Assembly: GCA_004431415.1 (NCBI GenBank)
Contig: QPMI01000493.1
Location: 124,001-188,000 of the forward strand
Length of the DNA stretch: 64,000 nucleotides
Source of the DNA: Cyanophora paradoxa CCMP329
Lineage: Eukaryota; Plantae; Glaucophyta
Reading direction: 5' to 3'
The notes beneath the pieces were generated by a model, which worked only from the letters and a program-made list of their open reading frames with translations, searched no databases and was not told the DNA's origin. Each line of letters starts with the position of its first letter. The first letter of the stretch is position 1. Position numbers and translations under genes: made by a program. This document shows positions 11,206 to 26,200 of this stretch, piece by piece.

Positions 11206-14200
11206 ATGGCCAAGAACAAGAAAGCGAGGTTGCAGTCAACCTCGCAAACGGCACCTGCTTTCAATGGGTAAACATTACATTTAATTTATCGTATCTGTTT
11301 AATTGCCCTGCAGCGCAGGAGATGTTGAAGTCGTGACTCTGATGGATCTAGATCCTGTTGATCAGTCACCCCCCGTCGGACCGTCAGGGTGCACGTGGGC
11401 TCGCAATTGTTTGAAAGAATTCTGACCGATGCTGTCTAATATTGGATTTCATCGTAATGAACAGGTCGAATGCGCATAACGAACCAGGTCTCAATCTGGA
11501 TCCGGATCTCCTGACTTCCGCGGATTTGTCCGGAGAGAAATCGAATAGAGGGTGCGAGTTTTATCCATTATCATTATTTCTTTTCACTGCGCATGCGTTT
11601 CGTGCTGACCCGCTCTACCCATAGCGTCGATTCTGCACCCCCTGCAGCTTCTGGGAGCTCAGCATCCATCTCGAGAAGCCCTTCTAGATCTGCCAGGTGC
11701 AGCACTAGCTGCTTAAGCATATCATTAATATTCTTCGATCCGAGATTGCGTGTGAGATTTGTGCATTTACATTGCTAATCGTATTATTCTCGATCACTAT
11801 TCTAGCGGACTCAAAACGACGAAGACGCGCTTTTTCCTGCTGCTGCCGCTGAAGGCCGAGAACAAGGGTACTTTCTTCGTCACAGGAGAAACGCTCTCTC
11901 TCGGCGACTGGGGCCGTGCTGAGGGCCTCGTCCGGCAACTCCGCCAAGTACGCAAGTCGCTGTGGGCCTCCGACGTCGTGGAGATCCCTGCAGATGCGCC
12001 TGTCCAGTACAAGTACTTTCTCCTCCCTGGGCGCGACCACGATCAGCTGCAGGCGTTTCTGGCAGCGTGCAAGAGGGTTTTCACATCGGGTTCAGGTTCT
12101 GATAAAGATCCGCGGGAGTGGGAGAATCCGCCACGAGTCAACCGTCGAACCCGTCCTGGGCCCTGTCAGTTCGATCTGTATTTCGACTCCGACCAAAAGG
12201 ACCTGAACATCAGCAAGACTTCAGATGAACCTGTCAACATGTACTTGCGACACATTCTTCACCTGGAGGAGTGGGTTGATCGGATTCCGGAAGTGTTGTC
12301 GTTGACGTCAGCTCGTTTCGCGGCTCGCATGGCGCTGCTCGAGATGCTGCACGATCAGGTTCGTTTCATCCTTTTAAGTAATGATTTGCCGCACTGCATC
12401 TTATACGTCTCTGGTTGTGCAGTTTGAGGCGATGCGGTCTTCATACAGCTATGTGACTTTTGGTCACAAGGCTCAGAGCTTTTTGTCCTTTTTTTGTGAC
12501 TCAAAACTCTCTGAATTCCGCAAAGGTTTGCCTCTTGATACTGTCGCATTTTCTATTTGATCCTGCTCATGCATGCCATGATGCACATTATCCAGGTCCT
12601 CGATCCTTCCCTCCCGATGCAGCACTCTTCGTCGCTACTGTCTGGCAAGTGGTCTGCGGATGCATGTGCTTAATAATGCTCATCGACAACTCAGGCAATT
12701 CGCCCCTTGAATTCTTTTATCCGTGCAGATGATGCAAATGTCGAACCAGCAAGTTGTATCAAGTCACAAAGGTGCTTTGGCGTCAGTACTCTTCGACTCG
12801 TTTTTCCGTGGCTCGAACGGATTCAGAAGTGACGAGCTCGCGGTCGAATGCGAGAATGAGAATGTCCGGATCCTTGTTCACAATGCCATTACCTTCCTCA
12901 TCAAAATGGCCTTGGCAAGCCCGAGCTCTGCAACATACAACGTAAACCCCGCACTGTGGATGTTTTCTATTGTCGCTGAGTCCAAGCTCGGCCTTGACCT
13001 CTCCTTCCTGATCGACCTGCCAACAATATCCTCTTACACAGACTCTGAGAGCTCGAGGCTCCATACGTGTGAAGAGTTTGTGCAGACAGCGAAAGCTGTC
13101 ACGGCGTGCCTCGCGAAACTCAACCCGGCCAACTTTCTTTCAGTAATCAAAGCACTCTTCATGACAGCACCTTCGTTCCGCACCCTCGTTGATGTCCTCG
13201 TCGTTTGGTGGCCCACAGTCGAAGAAAACCTTCGCGAAAAGAACATCTCTGTATCTCAGTTTTTCTCCCAGCTTCATAGCGCATTTCTTAACCGGAAGAC
13301 AGTCGCTGCATCGATGATCCGTGCGGTGGGTCGCATTCAGACCGTGCTCGAATGCTGGGAGCGACTGCCGCGTGGACTGGATCCTCTTGTGGCGGACGTC
13401 ATCCAAGACTTCGTTCTGGACAAACTCAGACTAAAATCTTCCGCCGCTTTTTGCCAGATTGGCGATGTTCTTCCACGTCTCATCAATAACGACTTGTATG
13501 CGACGTTGATTTCTGGATCTGAAAAGACCCTCTGGCGGCCCTTGGAACTTGTCATTGAGTTTCACGACCGTGTCGCCCTAAAGGGGCACATGTCGTTGCT
13601 GGCGGCCACTGCTGCCCGCTCATTGGACAAAGCGGGGGCGAAGCTTGTCGAGTGCACGCGAAGCTTCCTGGCAAAGGCTTACGGAATGGAAGCTGAAAGT
13701 GCGATATTATTTTCTGTTATTTCGCGAAAACCTATCAGCCACGTTTTCCTCACTACTATCGCGCGCAGATGCTAATCCACTTTCTATCTTCAATGCCGTC
13801 GACCTGCTCCCTGCTCAAGCTCGGCGTCACCCCGCCATCCTTGGTTTTGCGTGGGAGTCCTGCCGCAAGCACAGCGACGAGAACATTCTGCGTTCGGCCC
13901 GTTGTGCAGGGCGCAACGACGCGACAATGTCCCAATGGCGCGACGAGACTCGCGCTGCGTTTGTTGACGGCTGTGCTGGTATCATTTCGAAGGCTGCCGC
14001 AGCACCCGACACAGCCGCTTTGATGCTTGGTCATCTCTGCGGGACAAAGGACGTTGTGGAGTTCTCCGATGAACGGTAGGCTGTTTGACGCTAAGCATGC
14101 CGTAATTTAAACGCTAAGCATGATCATGGCGCAGGATTCGGGACGAGTGCCTCGAACGTCTTTTCAGCTCTATCCGCTCTCTGGATTTTGAGAAGGAGAA

Positions 14201-17200
14201 CACCGTTGCAGCTCTTATCAAAGCCCGCAACTTCTGGATTCCCGCGTTTGCTCTGCGCAGCATTCCTGTCGTCGCTGGGAGCAAGAGTTTCACCACAGCC
14301 ACAAGCATTCTCAGCGCTCTGCATCAATCCGTTGTTCAGCAGACCGTCCCCGTCCACGTCGTCGAGGCCGTCGCAGCGGCCGGCGTCAACATCCTCTCGG
14401 CGTGCTTCAGTGCAGCGGGCATCCGTGCAGATGATTTGGAGCTGCGATCGGCAGTTTCCACCACGCAGGAGCGACGAAGCCAGCTCGAAAGCTTGGCCGA
14501 GCTCTTCTCAGCATGGCAGGTGGTTTCTTTGGCAGAAGCTGACAGCAGCCAGTATAGCGCACTTCGTACCATGCTTGCTGAGGAACAGCAGCGGTTCCCG
14601 GATCAGTCTCTTGCAGAGCTGGCCATGGCGAGTTCAGCCCTCAGCGCGTCGACCTCCGCATTCTCCGTTCTCGATATGGCGCTGAAACAACTGCCCAGGC
14701 CTGCGTCTCAACTTTTGGCCTCACTTGTCTTCCGCAACATTCTCCAAGATTCGTACAGGAGAAATATTGCGGTCGGGTTTTCATCCGAGCAGTCGTTTGA
14801 GCAGCGCATGGCGGTCGTGACTGGCATTTCGTGGAAATCGTACGCGGACCACATGGCGGCTCTCATGCGTGACCACAAGGCCGTCAACGTTCGCGACGTC
14901 ATGTTGTACTGGGGCGGCTTGACAGAGTCTGGCGCAGCGCTAGCAGTGCAGCAGTTGAATGTTGCGTTGACATTGCTGTCATCAGCTGGTGGAATTACTC
15001 CGCGCTTCACCGTTGACCGTGATCAACACGCGCAGCAACGCCGCAACCAAGACATCGCGTGCAGCGTCGTTGTCTGCCTGAAGATTTCTGAGCTCTCGGG
15101 GTTGTGCCGCGATCTCCTCCACTGCATGGACTCGATCTCTTGCCTTCCGACTCGAGACGAGACGAACACTCTTGGCCGCGCGGAGGCTCTCCTCGCGAGC
15201 GAGGGAGCTACTGTGCGGGATGCGCTGGACGCCCAGCGCGCTGCCGATCGCCTTCTTCGGAATGTGTGCCCAGACACAGCCGCAGTGATCAAGGCCCTTG
15301 CGACACATGACGGGCGGGACCTTGTCGAGTTTCTCAAGCGTGTCGGGCAAGAGAACGACGAGCTTCGCCACCTGATCGACGCTGTGGAGGAGCACAATGA
15401 TATGTTCTCTCGCGCGGTGTGTGTACGAACTATACAATTTCTGGTTCTGATCATGGCCTGATCATCACCACTGCTGTCCTTTAATTTCGCAGGAGACGTT
15501 CAAGGACCTGATCGATGTGCGTCGCTACCTGCAGCCTCTGCTGAAGCTCTCCGGTGCCTCGGTTGCCGTCTTCCTCAAGGCGCTGCTGGATAGGCCCGGG
15601 AAGAAGACCATGGCTGGCAAGATCCACGTCTGCAGCGCCAACCTTCACGGCCTCGAGCGCCTCTACGACACGATCGCCAACCGCAGCGAAGTGACGAAGA
15701 GTGCCGTGCGGGACGCCGTCCAGTCTGGCGTGTACCTCTTCACGGCCGCTTCCGGCTCCGCCCGCCTCGAATTGGAGATCCCTTCCCAGCGGCGCGAGAA
15801 CGAGAGCCGGATCATCGACTTCAACGAGCTGCAGGACATCCGCAGCCGAGCGCTGTTGATTCTGAGCTCACGTTCGCGCAACGACCTTGGGCAAGGCGAA
15901 CAGGACGAGCACCACGACGCCGAGAAAGCCCTCTCCCAGAAGTTCATCGATGAGAGCTCGCTCGCAGAGGAGGTGAGCTGGTTTTAAATTTGCTGCATTT
16001 CTAGTGCCATTTAAGCAACACAGTTTATTTGTATGATTCGGTGCGATGTACTGTTTATGCTGAATTTCCTGAGCGCAGGTTTTTGGCGTTCTCGTCGATC
16101 TTCAGAGCCTGTCGGGGCACTACCGGGAGTGGTCAGAGAAAGCGAAGGGCATCGATGACCTTCGAAACCTTCTCGGCCAGCTGAAGCACCACCGAGACGA
16201 GTGCTCAGACGATCTGGACAAGGCTCGAAGCAAGAGCTACTGCCTCCTCTTCTTCCGCGCCCGGCAGATTTGGTCAATCTTCGATTTCGTCGACAAGTCA
16301 GACGATCAGCTCGAGGAGGGCGACGCAATCCGACTCTGCAACCTGCTGCGCAAGTTCGAGCCGGGCATCAGCGTGCAGGCGGTCAAGGCGTCACGGGCGC
16401 AGTGCAGAATGGAGCATCCCATGCGCGACACGGAAATGCCTGAGGAATGCTTCGCGCTGGCCACCGAATTCGTTGGGTACTGCGCCGGTCACGAAGCCAC
16501 CCGTGCAGCTGCACCAAAGGCGTTCCCGCGGCCGCGTTCAGGCGGAGCAAAGCACGCAGAGCACGCGGAGCGGGCTCGTCTGTTCATTGCCGCCGTGGAT
16601 CGCCCCGAGCAAGTCGCCAACGCCCTCTTCTCGCTGTGCATGAACGATGGGCACGTCCCCGCGCGCAGCCAGGTCCTCTTCTGCTCGCCGGCAACCACGA
16701 TGGAAGACGTACACCTTCTCATCGAGCGCTGCCGCTATGCGTCTAAGAACGGCTTCTCCGACCGCCTGTTCTGCATCGTCAACGCCGAGCTCCTCGACTA
16801 CCACCTCCAGATTGAGCTCTCCGCGCTCGTCCGCCAGCTGCAGCAGGAGGCGGCCTTCAACCCGTTCCGCCTCGCCATCATCTGCTGCCGCCGTGGCGCG
16901 GCGTCCGAGCAGTCGCAGATCCTCACCGACTTCGCTGCCTCCGTCGTCCCTACGACTGGCCTCAGCGAGGACGCCATGCGCGAGGTCGCCGAGCAGCTGT
17001 TGCCGCACGTCATCTTGTACACGTCAGCAGCCGCCGGCCTCGGCAAGTCGGAGGAGATCCGGCTGCAGTGCCTGCGGCAAGGCCGCGAGCCTCACATTCT
17101 CACCATCAGCGGAGTCTTCAGTGCCGAGTCGCTCGCCAGGCGCCTAAATGAGCTCGAGCTGAACACCGCCCGCGACGCGCTGCACATCGATGTGGGGCAG

Positions 17201-20200
17201 GTGGACTCGCCGCAAGCGTTGAATCTGTTCCTGCTGGAGCTGCTCTTCCTCCGCTCCGCCTCGGCCGGAGACGAGACCTTTCACCTGCCGGCCCTTCCCG
17301 TGTACGTCGAGATCGGCAACACGGCAAGCGGCTCACTCCTCTCGTCTCTTTCATTCTGCGGCTGTCTTCCGCACACGCGCCTCCAGTGGTCGACGGACCG
17401 TATCGCTGTCAGCACTGTACCATCGAGCCCCGATCAAGTCGTCTGCAGGTGCGACGTATTTATTTAATTTTCTCATGTCGACGTGAACGTCTCTCATATC
17501 TCCTTCGGTATTTCCGTTAGATATCTGCAAGCACTGGAAAGTGGTCGTTTGTCGATTGAGGATGTTGCCGTTGTGCAGCGGAACGCTGGATCTGCAGCTG
17601 GGGTCCGTCCGATTCCGCTGCAGCAGTGCCGCGCGCTTCTGCGCAAGTACTTCTTCGACAACGCTCGAGTGCCGCGGAACGCGTCGTTCTCCGCTCTGCG
17701 CACTTTCATCAACGTGCTCGCCTGCCAGCTCGTCTCGTTCTCCAAGAGTCCGTTCTTCAAAGTGCGCAACCTCGCGTTTGCGATGGCGGGCAACTCGGGC
17801 GACGTGCGCGCCCTCCTCCTCGGGTCGCTCATCGACATGGCCGCCGAGTTCGCCAGCCTCAAGCAGTCGAACGAGGCGGCGGTCCACGGCGGCGGTGGCG
17901 GCTCCGCGATGGACGACATCGACCGGCTTGTCGACCGTTTCTCCCGCCTGGTGCAGTGGTCGGCCGAGGAGAACAACCACCTGCTCGTCCTCTTCCACCC
18001 CGTCGGCTCCATCACTGCGCTCTACCGCGATCGGAACCGCGTCCCCGACTCCGTCAGGCGTCTGATCGAGAGTCAAGTGCGCGTACATGTTTTTGAGAGG
18101 CGTTTTTTCGTTCATAAAGTGAACGCAGTCGTTCCGGAGCAACCCCGGGCTCACCAACTACGGCACGCTGAAGCCGACGCAGCTGCTCGAGGAGCTGATG
18201 AAGCTCCTCTCCTCCAGCACGCGGGCGGCCGACATGGAGACGGACGGCTACGTCATGACGCTGGACAACCTGCTGAAGATGGGCCTCATCCTCACCCGCG
18301 TCCGCGCCCGCGTCCCGGTCGTCGTGATGGGAGAGACCGGCTGCGGAAAGACGAGCCTCGTGCGCTTCTCGCACTGCGTCGCTCTGCTGAATTTGACAGC
18401 TGCGCTGACCATGACGCTTAACTGCATCAGATTCGTTTCCTTGCTAAGGCGGCGGGCGTGCCGTTCGCAGTGCTGAATTTCCATGCCGGTATCACTGAGC
18501 GGCACATCGAGGAGGTGATCGAGCAGGCGGAAGAGCAGGCAGCGGACGGACATCCCGTGTGGGTCTTCCTCGACGAGATCAACACGAGCGACTCGATCGG
18601 GTTGGTGGGCGAGATCATCTGCCAGCACACCTTCAACGGCCGCCGCATCTCTGGCAACATCGCTTTCCTTGCCGCATGCAACCCGTACAAGAAGCGCTTG
18701 GCTGCGGAGGTGGCCAAGCAGCGGCAGGCGGGCCTGAAGCTGAAGCAGGGCGACGACCCGATGTCGAAGCTCGTCTACCGCGTGCACCCTCTGCCCGAGA
18801 AGCTGGCGGACTACGTGTGGGACTTCGGCTCGCTGACGCGCGCCGACGAGGAGCAGTACATCCAGGCGATGGTCGAGACGAGCGATTTCTTCCGCGACCG
18901 TCGCCACCCCGACGGCAGCGTGACGGCGCGGCTCGTCGTGAGCCTGCTCGTCGCCTCGCAGCACTTCATGTCCGATGTTGAGGGGCTCTCCAGCATCAGC
19001 CTGCGCGACGTCCGCCGCTGCATCTTTTTGATGGGCAAGTTCCTCGACTTGCTGGATCGGCGGCTTCACGTCAACGGCGAGGGCAGCGGATTCGTGGGCG
19101 CTGTGAAGAAGGCCCTCGGTTTCGACGACGCCGCCAACGCCCCGTCGGCATCCGTGCGCGTGCGGGCGGTTGTGCTCGCGCTCGCGCACTGCTACCACAG
19201 CCGCCTCGCCGGACGCAACGAGCGCGAGCACTACCGAGAGCTGCTGGGGAGGACCTTCAGGCCGGCCCGGACGGCCAACGACCTGCTTTACATCATCCAG
19301 TGGGAGCAGCGCGATTACCTCCGGCGGATGGAGTTGCCGCCCGGCACGGCCATGAACGAGGCCCTGCTCGAGAACGTGTTCGTGCTGCTGATCTGCATCA
19401 TTCACTGCATCCCCGTCTTCCTCGTCGGCAAGGTGTGAAATCAGCTTCGAATTCACTTATCGATTCGTGTCGCCTGGAATGCTGAAATTTCCGAGCAGCC
19501 GGGCTGCAGCAAGTCGCTTTCCATGCGCCTCATCTACACGAACCTGCGCGGGCCCGACAGCAGGGACCCCTTCTTCCGCACGCTGCCGCAGGTGCGCAGA
19601 TCTAGATCTAGAGTGCAAAATCGCGCGGGAGGCTGAATCCGCGCGAAAATCGCAGCTCTACTTCGTGTCGTTCCAGGGCTCCGAGCAGTCGACGTCGGAC
19701 GGCATCCTAAAGGTCTTCGAGAAGGCGCGCAGGTTCGGCTTCGGCTCGCACCCGGGCGAGGCCGGCGGCGGCGGCGGCGGCGCGGAGGGCGAGGCGGGCC
19801 GCCCCGCGACGATCCCCGTCGTGCTCCTGGACGAGGTGGGCCTGGCGGAGGTCTCCCGCTTCAACCCCCTCAAGGTCCTACACGCCCTCCTCGAGCCCGG
19901 GTGCGTCTTCTTTATGTATAAAACGAGTGCAATTTACGCAACTGAACATTGCACAGCTATCCGAAGGTGTTTCCGGACGTGGCGGTCGTCGGGATCAGCA
20001 ACTGGCAGCTGGACCCGGCGAAGATGAACCGAGCCATCCACCTCTCCCGCCCCGAGCCCGACGAGGAGGACCTCTACAGGACCGCCAAGGCCATCATCGA
20101 CGGCGGGCGCGAGGCCGACCGCGATGGCCATGGTGCGGGCGGCAGGTTGAGTAGGCCGTCGATCCTGGACGACGCGCGCCTGCGCGGGCTCGCGAGGGCG

Positions 20201-23200
20201 TACCACGAGCACCAGACGAAAATGAAGGAGAACCAGTTCGAAAACTTCCACGGCCTGCGCGACTACTACTGGTGCGCATTGAAAAATTAGAATCGGCTAG
20301 AACTTCTTTCCATTCTGATTCCAAGCAGCTTGGTCAAGAGCCTGGCGAAGGCGCTGCCCGGCACGCCGCAGGAGACGCTGCAGACGGTCGTGCGCGCGCT
20401 GCACCGCAACTTCGGCGGACTGTCGGCGCTGCCCTCGTCGAAGCTGCGCGGGCAGGGCTCCCGCGAGCTCGCCCAGGCTATGATCGAGTCGTTCGTGAGG
20501 CACCTGCACCTGGACGGCAACACGAGGCCGGCAGGCGGGCACGAGCGCCCGCCCGTGCTCGAGCTCATCCGCGAGAACTGGATCGACACTGAGGTCCGTC
20601 CGCGTCGCCCGCACCGCCCCGCCCCGCCATGCGCTGTCTCCCTGATCGTTTCCGCGCAGGCGCGGCACCTTCTCGTCGCCTCCGGCTGCGACGCCACGAT
20701 GGGCATCCTCCAGAAGGAGCTGGCGCCCGTCCTCGCCGCCCGCAACCGCAGCCTCGTCATCATCGTCGGCAGCGCGTTCCCGGACGACGTCGGTAGCGAG
20801 GACTACATGTACCGCGTCCTAAGCCGCATCATCCTCTCGATGGAGGCCGGCAACTGCGTCATCCTGAAGGACCTCAACGTGTACGGATCGCTCTACGACA
20901 TGCTGAACCAGAACTACAGCGTCGTGGGCAGCAAGCGCAACTGCCGCGTGGCGCTCGGCGCCTACTCCAACCCGATGTGCCACGTCGACGAGTTCTTCCG
21001 CTGCATTGTCGTCGTCGACCGCGACGACGTCGAGAAGCAGGGTCCGCTCGGAAATTCGCGATCGCATAGGCGGGTTTCCACTCGCTGCCGTCTGAACGCC
21101 TTGTTTCGCCCCGCAGATCCGCCATTCCTCAACCGGTTCGAGAAGCAGGTCATTTCGTACGAGGACATCCTCACGGACGAGCAGCGCTCGCTCATCCGCG
21201 AGCTCCAGCGCTGGGTGGAGAACGTCAGCGCCTGCACCGTGCCCAACAGCAGCTTCGACTCGGAGCACCCCGAGCGCTCCTTCTGCGGATTCAACGCCGA
21301 CACGCTGCCGTCCCTCGTCCGCCTGCACTCCGGCGGGCCGGCGGACGCGCGGTCGCGCGAGGCGGTTCTGGAGCGCTGCAAGGCGGACCTGATCAACACG
21401 GCGACGGAAGACTGCATTGTTCGGCTGCCGCTCACGCGTCTCGGCACGTCGGACCCAGAGGCGGCGCGCCGCGTCGCGGAAGTCTACCGGCGCGAGCAGG
21501 AGCACGGCTCGCTCGCCGCGTTCATGAAAGCCGCGGTCGAGGGCTGGCGGCAGCGCCCGGAGGCGTGGGGCGGGGCGACGGGCGTCACAGCCGTCGTGTA
21601 CACGTTCTCGCAGCCGACGGCGTCGGTCAGCGTCGGCGGCCTCCGGCCCTCCGTCGTCATTCTGGGCGCCATCAAGCGCGAGGCGGACTTTGTCGCGCGT
21701 CTGAAGTCGTTCTGGAGCGGCGAGTCGGGCGAGGACCTGCTCGTCGTGCAGTGCTCGGCGCAGCTCGACCGGGCGACCATCCCGCTCGCCCGCTACCTGC
21801 TCGACCAGCACCGCGACGAGTACGCCGCGGCCGCGGCCAAGGCCGGCGAGGCGCCGCCGCCGAAGCACGCCCTCATTGTCGTGCACCTCGACCGCTCCGC
21901 CGCCGCCTGCTCCGCCGACTTCAGCCACCTCGGCCAGTGGCGCCAGGTGCCTTCTCCGTTATAGATCGTACTCGAGTCTTTCATGAATTTAAGCGCCATC
22001 TTCTTAGGTGACGGTGGACTCGCTGGAGCCGATAACGGTGGACGCGGAGGGCCGCGTCCGCCTCGACGTGCAGTCGCTGCTGGGCCTCTCCGTGGCGGAG
22101 CTGCTGCAGCGCGAGGGCGGGCACGACGGGGGCCTCCTCGACGCGCTCTTCGCCGAGGTCCTCCAGTGGGCCTTCTCGGCCCTCCGCTACCGCCGCTCGG
22201 CGCACGCCATCGACCACGTCAAGGGCGTCGTGGCCGGCATCCGCGCCTCGCCGGCCGCCCGCGCCTTCCTCAAGGCCCTCATCGTCGGCAGCCTGCGCCA
22301 CGACGCCGGTGCCGATGAGCTCTGGGCCCGCCGCGTCGCCTCCAGCTTCCAGGTGCTCAAACATCTTATACAATAATGCGAGCTTTAGCTACAAACAGGT
22401 CTAATTATAAGCGCGTGATGTGCAGGACCTGGCGATGTCGATGATGCTGGGGACTGCGGTCCTGGAGTGCCTGCGGCGCCACATCCGCACGCCCCTCGCG
22501 AAGATCGTCTTCGCGCTCGAGAGGGAGGAGGCCCTCGCGACGCTCGTCGGGCGGCCCGGGCCCTTCGCCGAATCGTGGCACCCCGTCGCCTCCGACCTCA
22601 AGATCGATCTGGAGGACCTCTCTGCGATCCCGGAGCCGAGGGTGGAGGGCTACGCGGTTCTGGGCCCCTTCCCGCCCCGCCGCCTGCCCTTCTCGCGCGC
22701 CGTCTTCGGGCGGCTCGAGGAGTTCCGCGACAGCCACCGCCTCAAGCTCGAGGCGCTCCGGCGGCACTACGAGCAGGCGATGGACGAGGAGGAGGCGGCG
22801 GTCGCGGCCGCCGCTTCGGACTGCCTGCGGGACCTGCGCGCCGCGATCGCGTCGTGCCTGCCCTCCCTCGCCCAGTCCCCCGCCTTTCAGAGCACGGAAG
22901 ACTACGTCGCCGACTTCGCCGTCAGCGTGCGTCGCCCCCTCGGCTCGCGTCTCCGTCCTGTCCACTCGCTCAACTGCTTCTCAGGTCGCGTGCGCGTCGA
23001 TGGCGGACACGTTCGACTCGGTCGAAACGGCGGCTGGCGTCGTCGCGTGGCTCCTGCGCTCGCTGCACCCGGAGCCCTTCGCCGACTTGGCCGAGGTGCA
23101 CGCTTTCTGGTGGGGCGCCGCCAAGGAGACCGGCGCCTGCGTCGCACTCCTCGCCGCCTGCAAGGACTTCGTGAGCGTGCCGAGCGTCATCGGCGGTGGC

Positions 23201-26200
23201 GGGGCCGACGCCGGCGGCGCCGGCGGCGCGGCGTGCACGCGCGTCTTCATCGCGGACCGCGTCTGCCGCTCGGTTCTGGAGCGGGCGGGGGCGGCGGGGC
23301 CGGGCGGCAGTGGCGCCTCACTGGACTGGCTCTCGACCGCCCGCTTCGTCGTGGCTCAGATCAACTCGGGGGGCCCCTTCGAGGTGCCCCCGACGGCCCC
23401 CATTCAGCTGCTCCGCATCTGCACGGAGCTGGCCGCCTGCTTCCGCCAGCCCCGGCCGCAGCACCGGGCGCTGCTGCGCGAGGTCGTCGACCTGGGGCGC
23501 GAGGCGGAGGCGCAGGCCGAGGCGGGCGGGGCCGCCCCGCTCCCCGCGTCCGCGTCCTTCGTCGCGGGCCTCCTCCGCGCCGTCGACCGGCACGCTGCGC
23601 ACCTCGACGCGGCCGCCCTCGCCCGCTTCGAGTGCGCCCTCTTCCTGCGCTGCGTGCCCCTCGCCCGGTCCTCCACGGAGCTGCTCGGCGCGATCGCGGG
23701 CCGCCTGCTGGGCGCGCGGCCCCGCGCGACGGCGGGCTCGGCGGCCGTCCTGCGCGCGCTCCTCACCGTGGCGGCCGAGGAGCACGCCAACGACTCGGGC
23801 CTCGGGCTATACGGGGACGCCCTCCTCGACCCGGAGCTCGTCGCCGCCTCGCCGGCCCTCTCCGCCATCGACGGCGCGCTGGCCGCCCACGGCCACCCGC
23901 CCGACAGCGAGCCCTGGGCCTTCGTCTGCGACCTCCTGCTCCTCTCCCAGTACGCCCGCATCGGGCCCGAGGAGTGCGCGACCGGCGGCGGGAGCGGCGG
24001 CGGCGCCTCGCGCGAGCTCGCCCAGTGCTTCCTCGCCGCCTGCCGCGCCCTGGCGGCCGACCCCGCCGAGGCGGACCGGTCGCCCCTCCGCCTGGCCATG
24101 GCCGCCGCCTTCGTGCGGGCCCTCGCGCGCGCCGCGGCGCCCTTCCTCGTGCCCCTCAGCCAGCGCTTCGACCTGTGCGAGCACGTGGAGCGCGCCCTCG
24201 CGGAGGGCCTCGATCGCGGCGCCCCGCGCCTGGAGGCGGCCAAGGTCGCCGTGCTCCGCGCCATACGGGACCAGGCCGAGGGCCTCCCGCTGCAGGAGCT
24301 CCGCGCGTGGTGCAGCCGGGACCTCGCCCAGCGGCTGCCCTGGGCCCGCCAGCTCCCCTGGCGCCGCGCCGCCGCCTCGCGCCTCGACGTCGACCCCTTC
24401 GCGAACGAGGCGCGCTACGCGGCGGCCGACCGCGCCCTAGACGCCTTCGTCATCCGCGAGGCCCGCGAGGATCTGGGGGCCGTCCTCGCCGCCGCGCACG
24501 GCGGCGACGCCGGCGCCGCCCGCGGGCTCCTGCAGGCCGCCCTCGCCTGCTTCTACCTCTCCCGCGCCTCGGCCGCCCCGACGGACCGCGAGGCCGCCGC
24601 CCGCGCCGCGCTGGAGGCGCTCCTCGAGGCCCGCCCGCCCCCGGGCCACGCCGCCCGCCTCCTTCGCGCCCTTCTGTCTCCCGAGTCGGCCCCGCCCGCC
24701 GGCGCCTTCGCGCTGCCCCGGCCCTGCTGGCTGGACCTGCAGCCCGGCTGCGACCTCTTCGACCTGCACCTGTCCGCCCTGCTCGCCCACGCGGCGTCCG
24801 TCTTCGCCGCCGGCCCCGCCGACGCCTCCCCGTTCCACGCCCTTTTCGCGGAGCCCGGGCGCGCGGCGGCGCTCTTCGTGCCGGGGGCGCCCTCCAACGA
24901 GCAGGCCGTGGTCGCGCGGGCCCTCCAGGAGAACGGCCTCCGCGAGGCGAACCGCTGGTACCGCCACGCCTGCGGGTACTGGTGCGAACTCTTGTTTTCG
25001 CGGGGCTGGCTAGCGCCCATATCACAGCATCAGCGTTTTCGCTGACGCTGTTGGCGGCAGGTACTCGGTCGGCGCGTGCGGCCGCCCCATGCAGATGGCG
25101 CAGTGCCCGAACTGCGGGCAGGCGATCGGGGGCGCAAACCACGTCCCAGCCGCCGGAAACGAAGCGGCTCAGCCGGCGGCCGATCCCGACCAGCCGGGCA
25201 TCATCCCGGAGGACCCGGCGGCGCTGCGGGCGGCGGGCCACACGGAGCGCGGGCTGCACCCGGCGGTCTTCCGCGTCCTCCACCTCCTCACGTACCTCGC
25301 GCTGGCGGCCGCCGCCCGCGCTGGGCTGCTGCCCGAGTCGAGCGGCCGCGCCCTCTTCCACAACGGCGACGGCCGCAGCTGCCTCGACCTGATCTCGGGC
25401 GACGTCGGCGCGCTGGGGCGCATCTTCGGCGCCGTGTACCCCGACCCGGCCGTCTTCCTCGCGCTCCACGGCATCCTCCGCCGCTTTGCCGCCGACGTGC
25501 AGGCCGGCGGGGGCCGCGCCGCCTTCGCCCGCGCCGCCGCCGCGGCGCGGACGGCGCAGGGCCGGCGGGACTTTGAGCGCGAGTTCGCGCATCGCTACGT
25601 GCAGCCGCTGGTCGAGGCCGGCGCGGCGGCGGCCGCCGCCGCCGTGCGTGAGGAGTGCCGCCCGCGGGAGGACGCGGAGCAGTCCGCCGTGCTGGAGGCG
25701 GAAATTCTGGAGGATTTCGGGCCGCTCCTGCAGGGCGACTACGCCGCCCGGTTCCTCCCGCGCGTCTTCGCCACCGTGCACGCCGGCTCCGCCGACGGGT
25801 TTCGAGCCGCGTTCCGCCTCCGCCCGGAGAACGCCCGCCGCTTCCCCGTGCTGGCCCTCTTGCTGGAGAGCGAGGGCAGCGCGCGCGCGCTGCGGCGCAT
25901 GTGGGCGCTGGCGGAGTGGTCGCGGACGGCGGCGGCGCGCCTCCAGCACGCGATCACGCGCGCAGAGGCGGCGCAGAAGCCCGTGGCGCGCTGCATCGAG
26001 GAGTGGCAGCGCTCGCCCGAGGAGCGGGCGGCGCTGGAGGCGTCCTTCGCTGCCTTTGTCGAAGCGTGGAACGAGCTGCGGCCCGAGGTCACGCGCTTCG
26101 AATGCCTGGGCGAGCTCGCGATGCCCGAGATGACTGTCGCGGGGGATGCGGCGATCGCCCTCTGCCTCCCCGAGCGCAAGGACAGCGGGTGGGCCGTTCG

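Noticed and set aside
22420-25392. 990-aa Arg/Pro/Gly-rich ORF and the many similar long ORFs
   Set aside because: These are GC shadow frames. Only the first ~170 aa of this ORF is a real exon, and the true frame continues in the 23000-25045 ORF.
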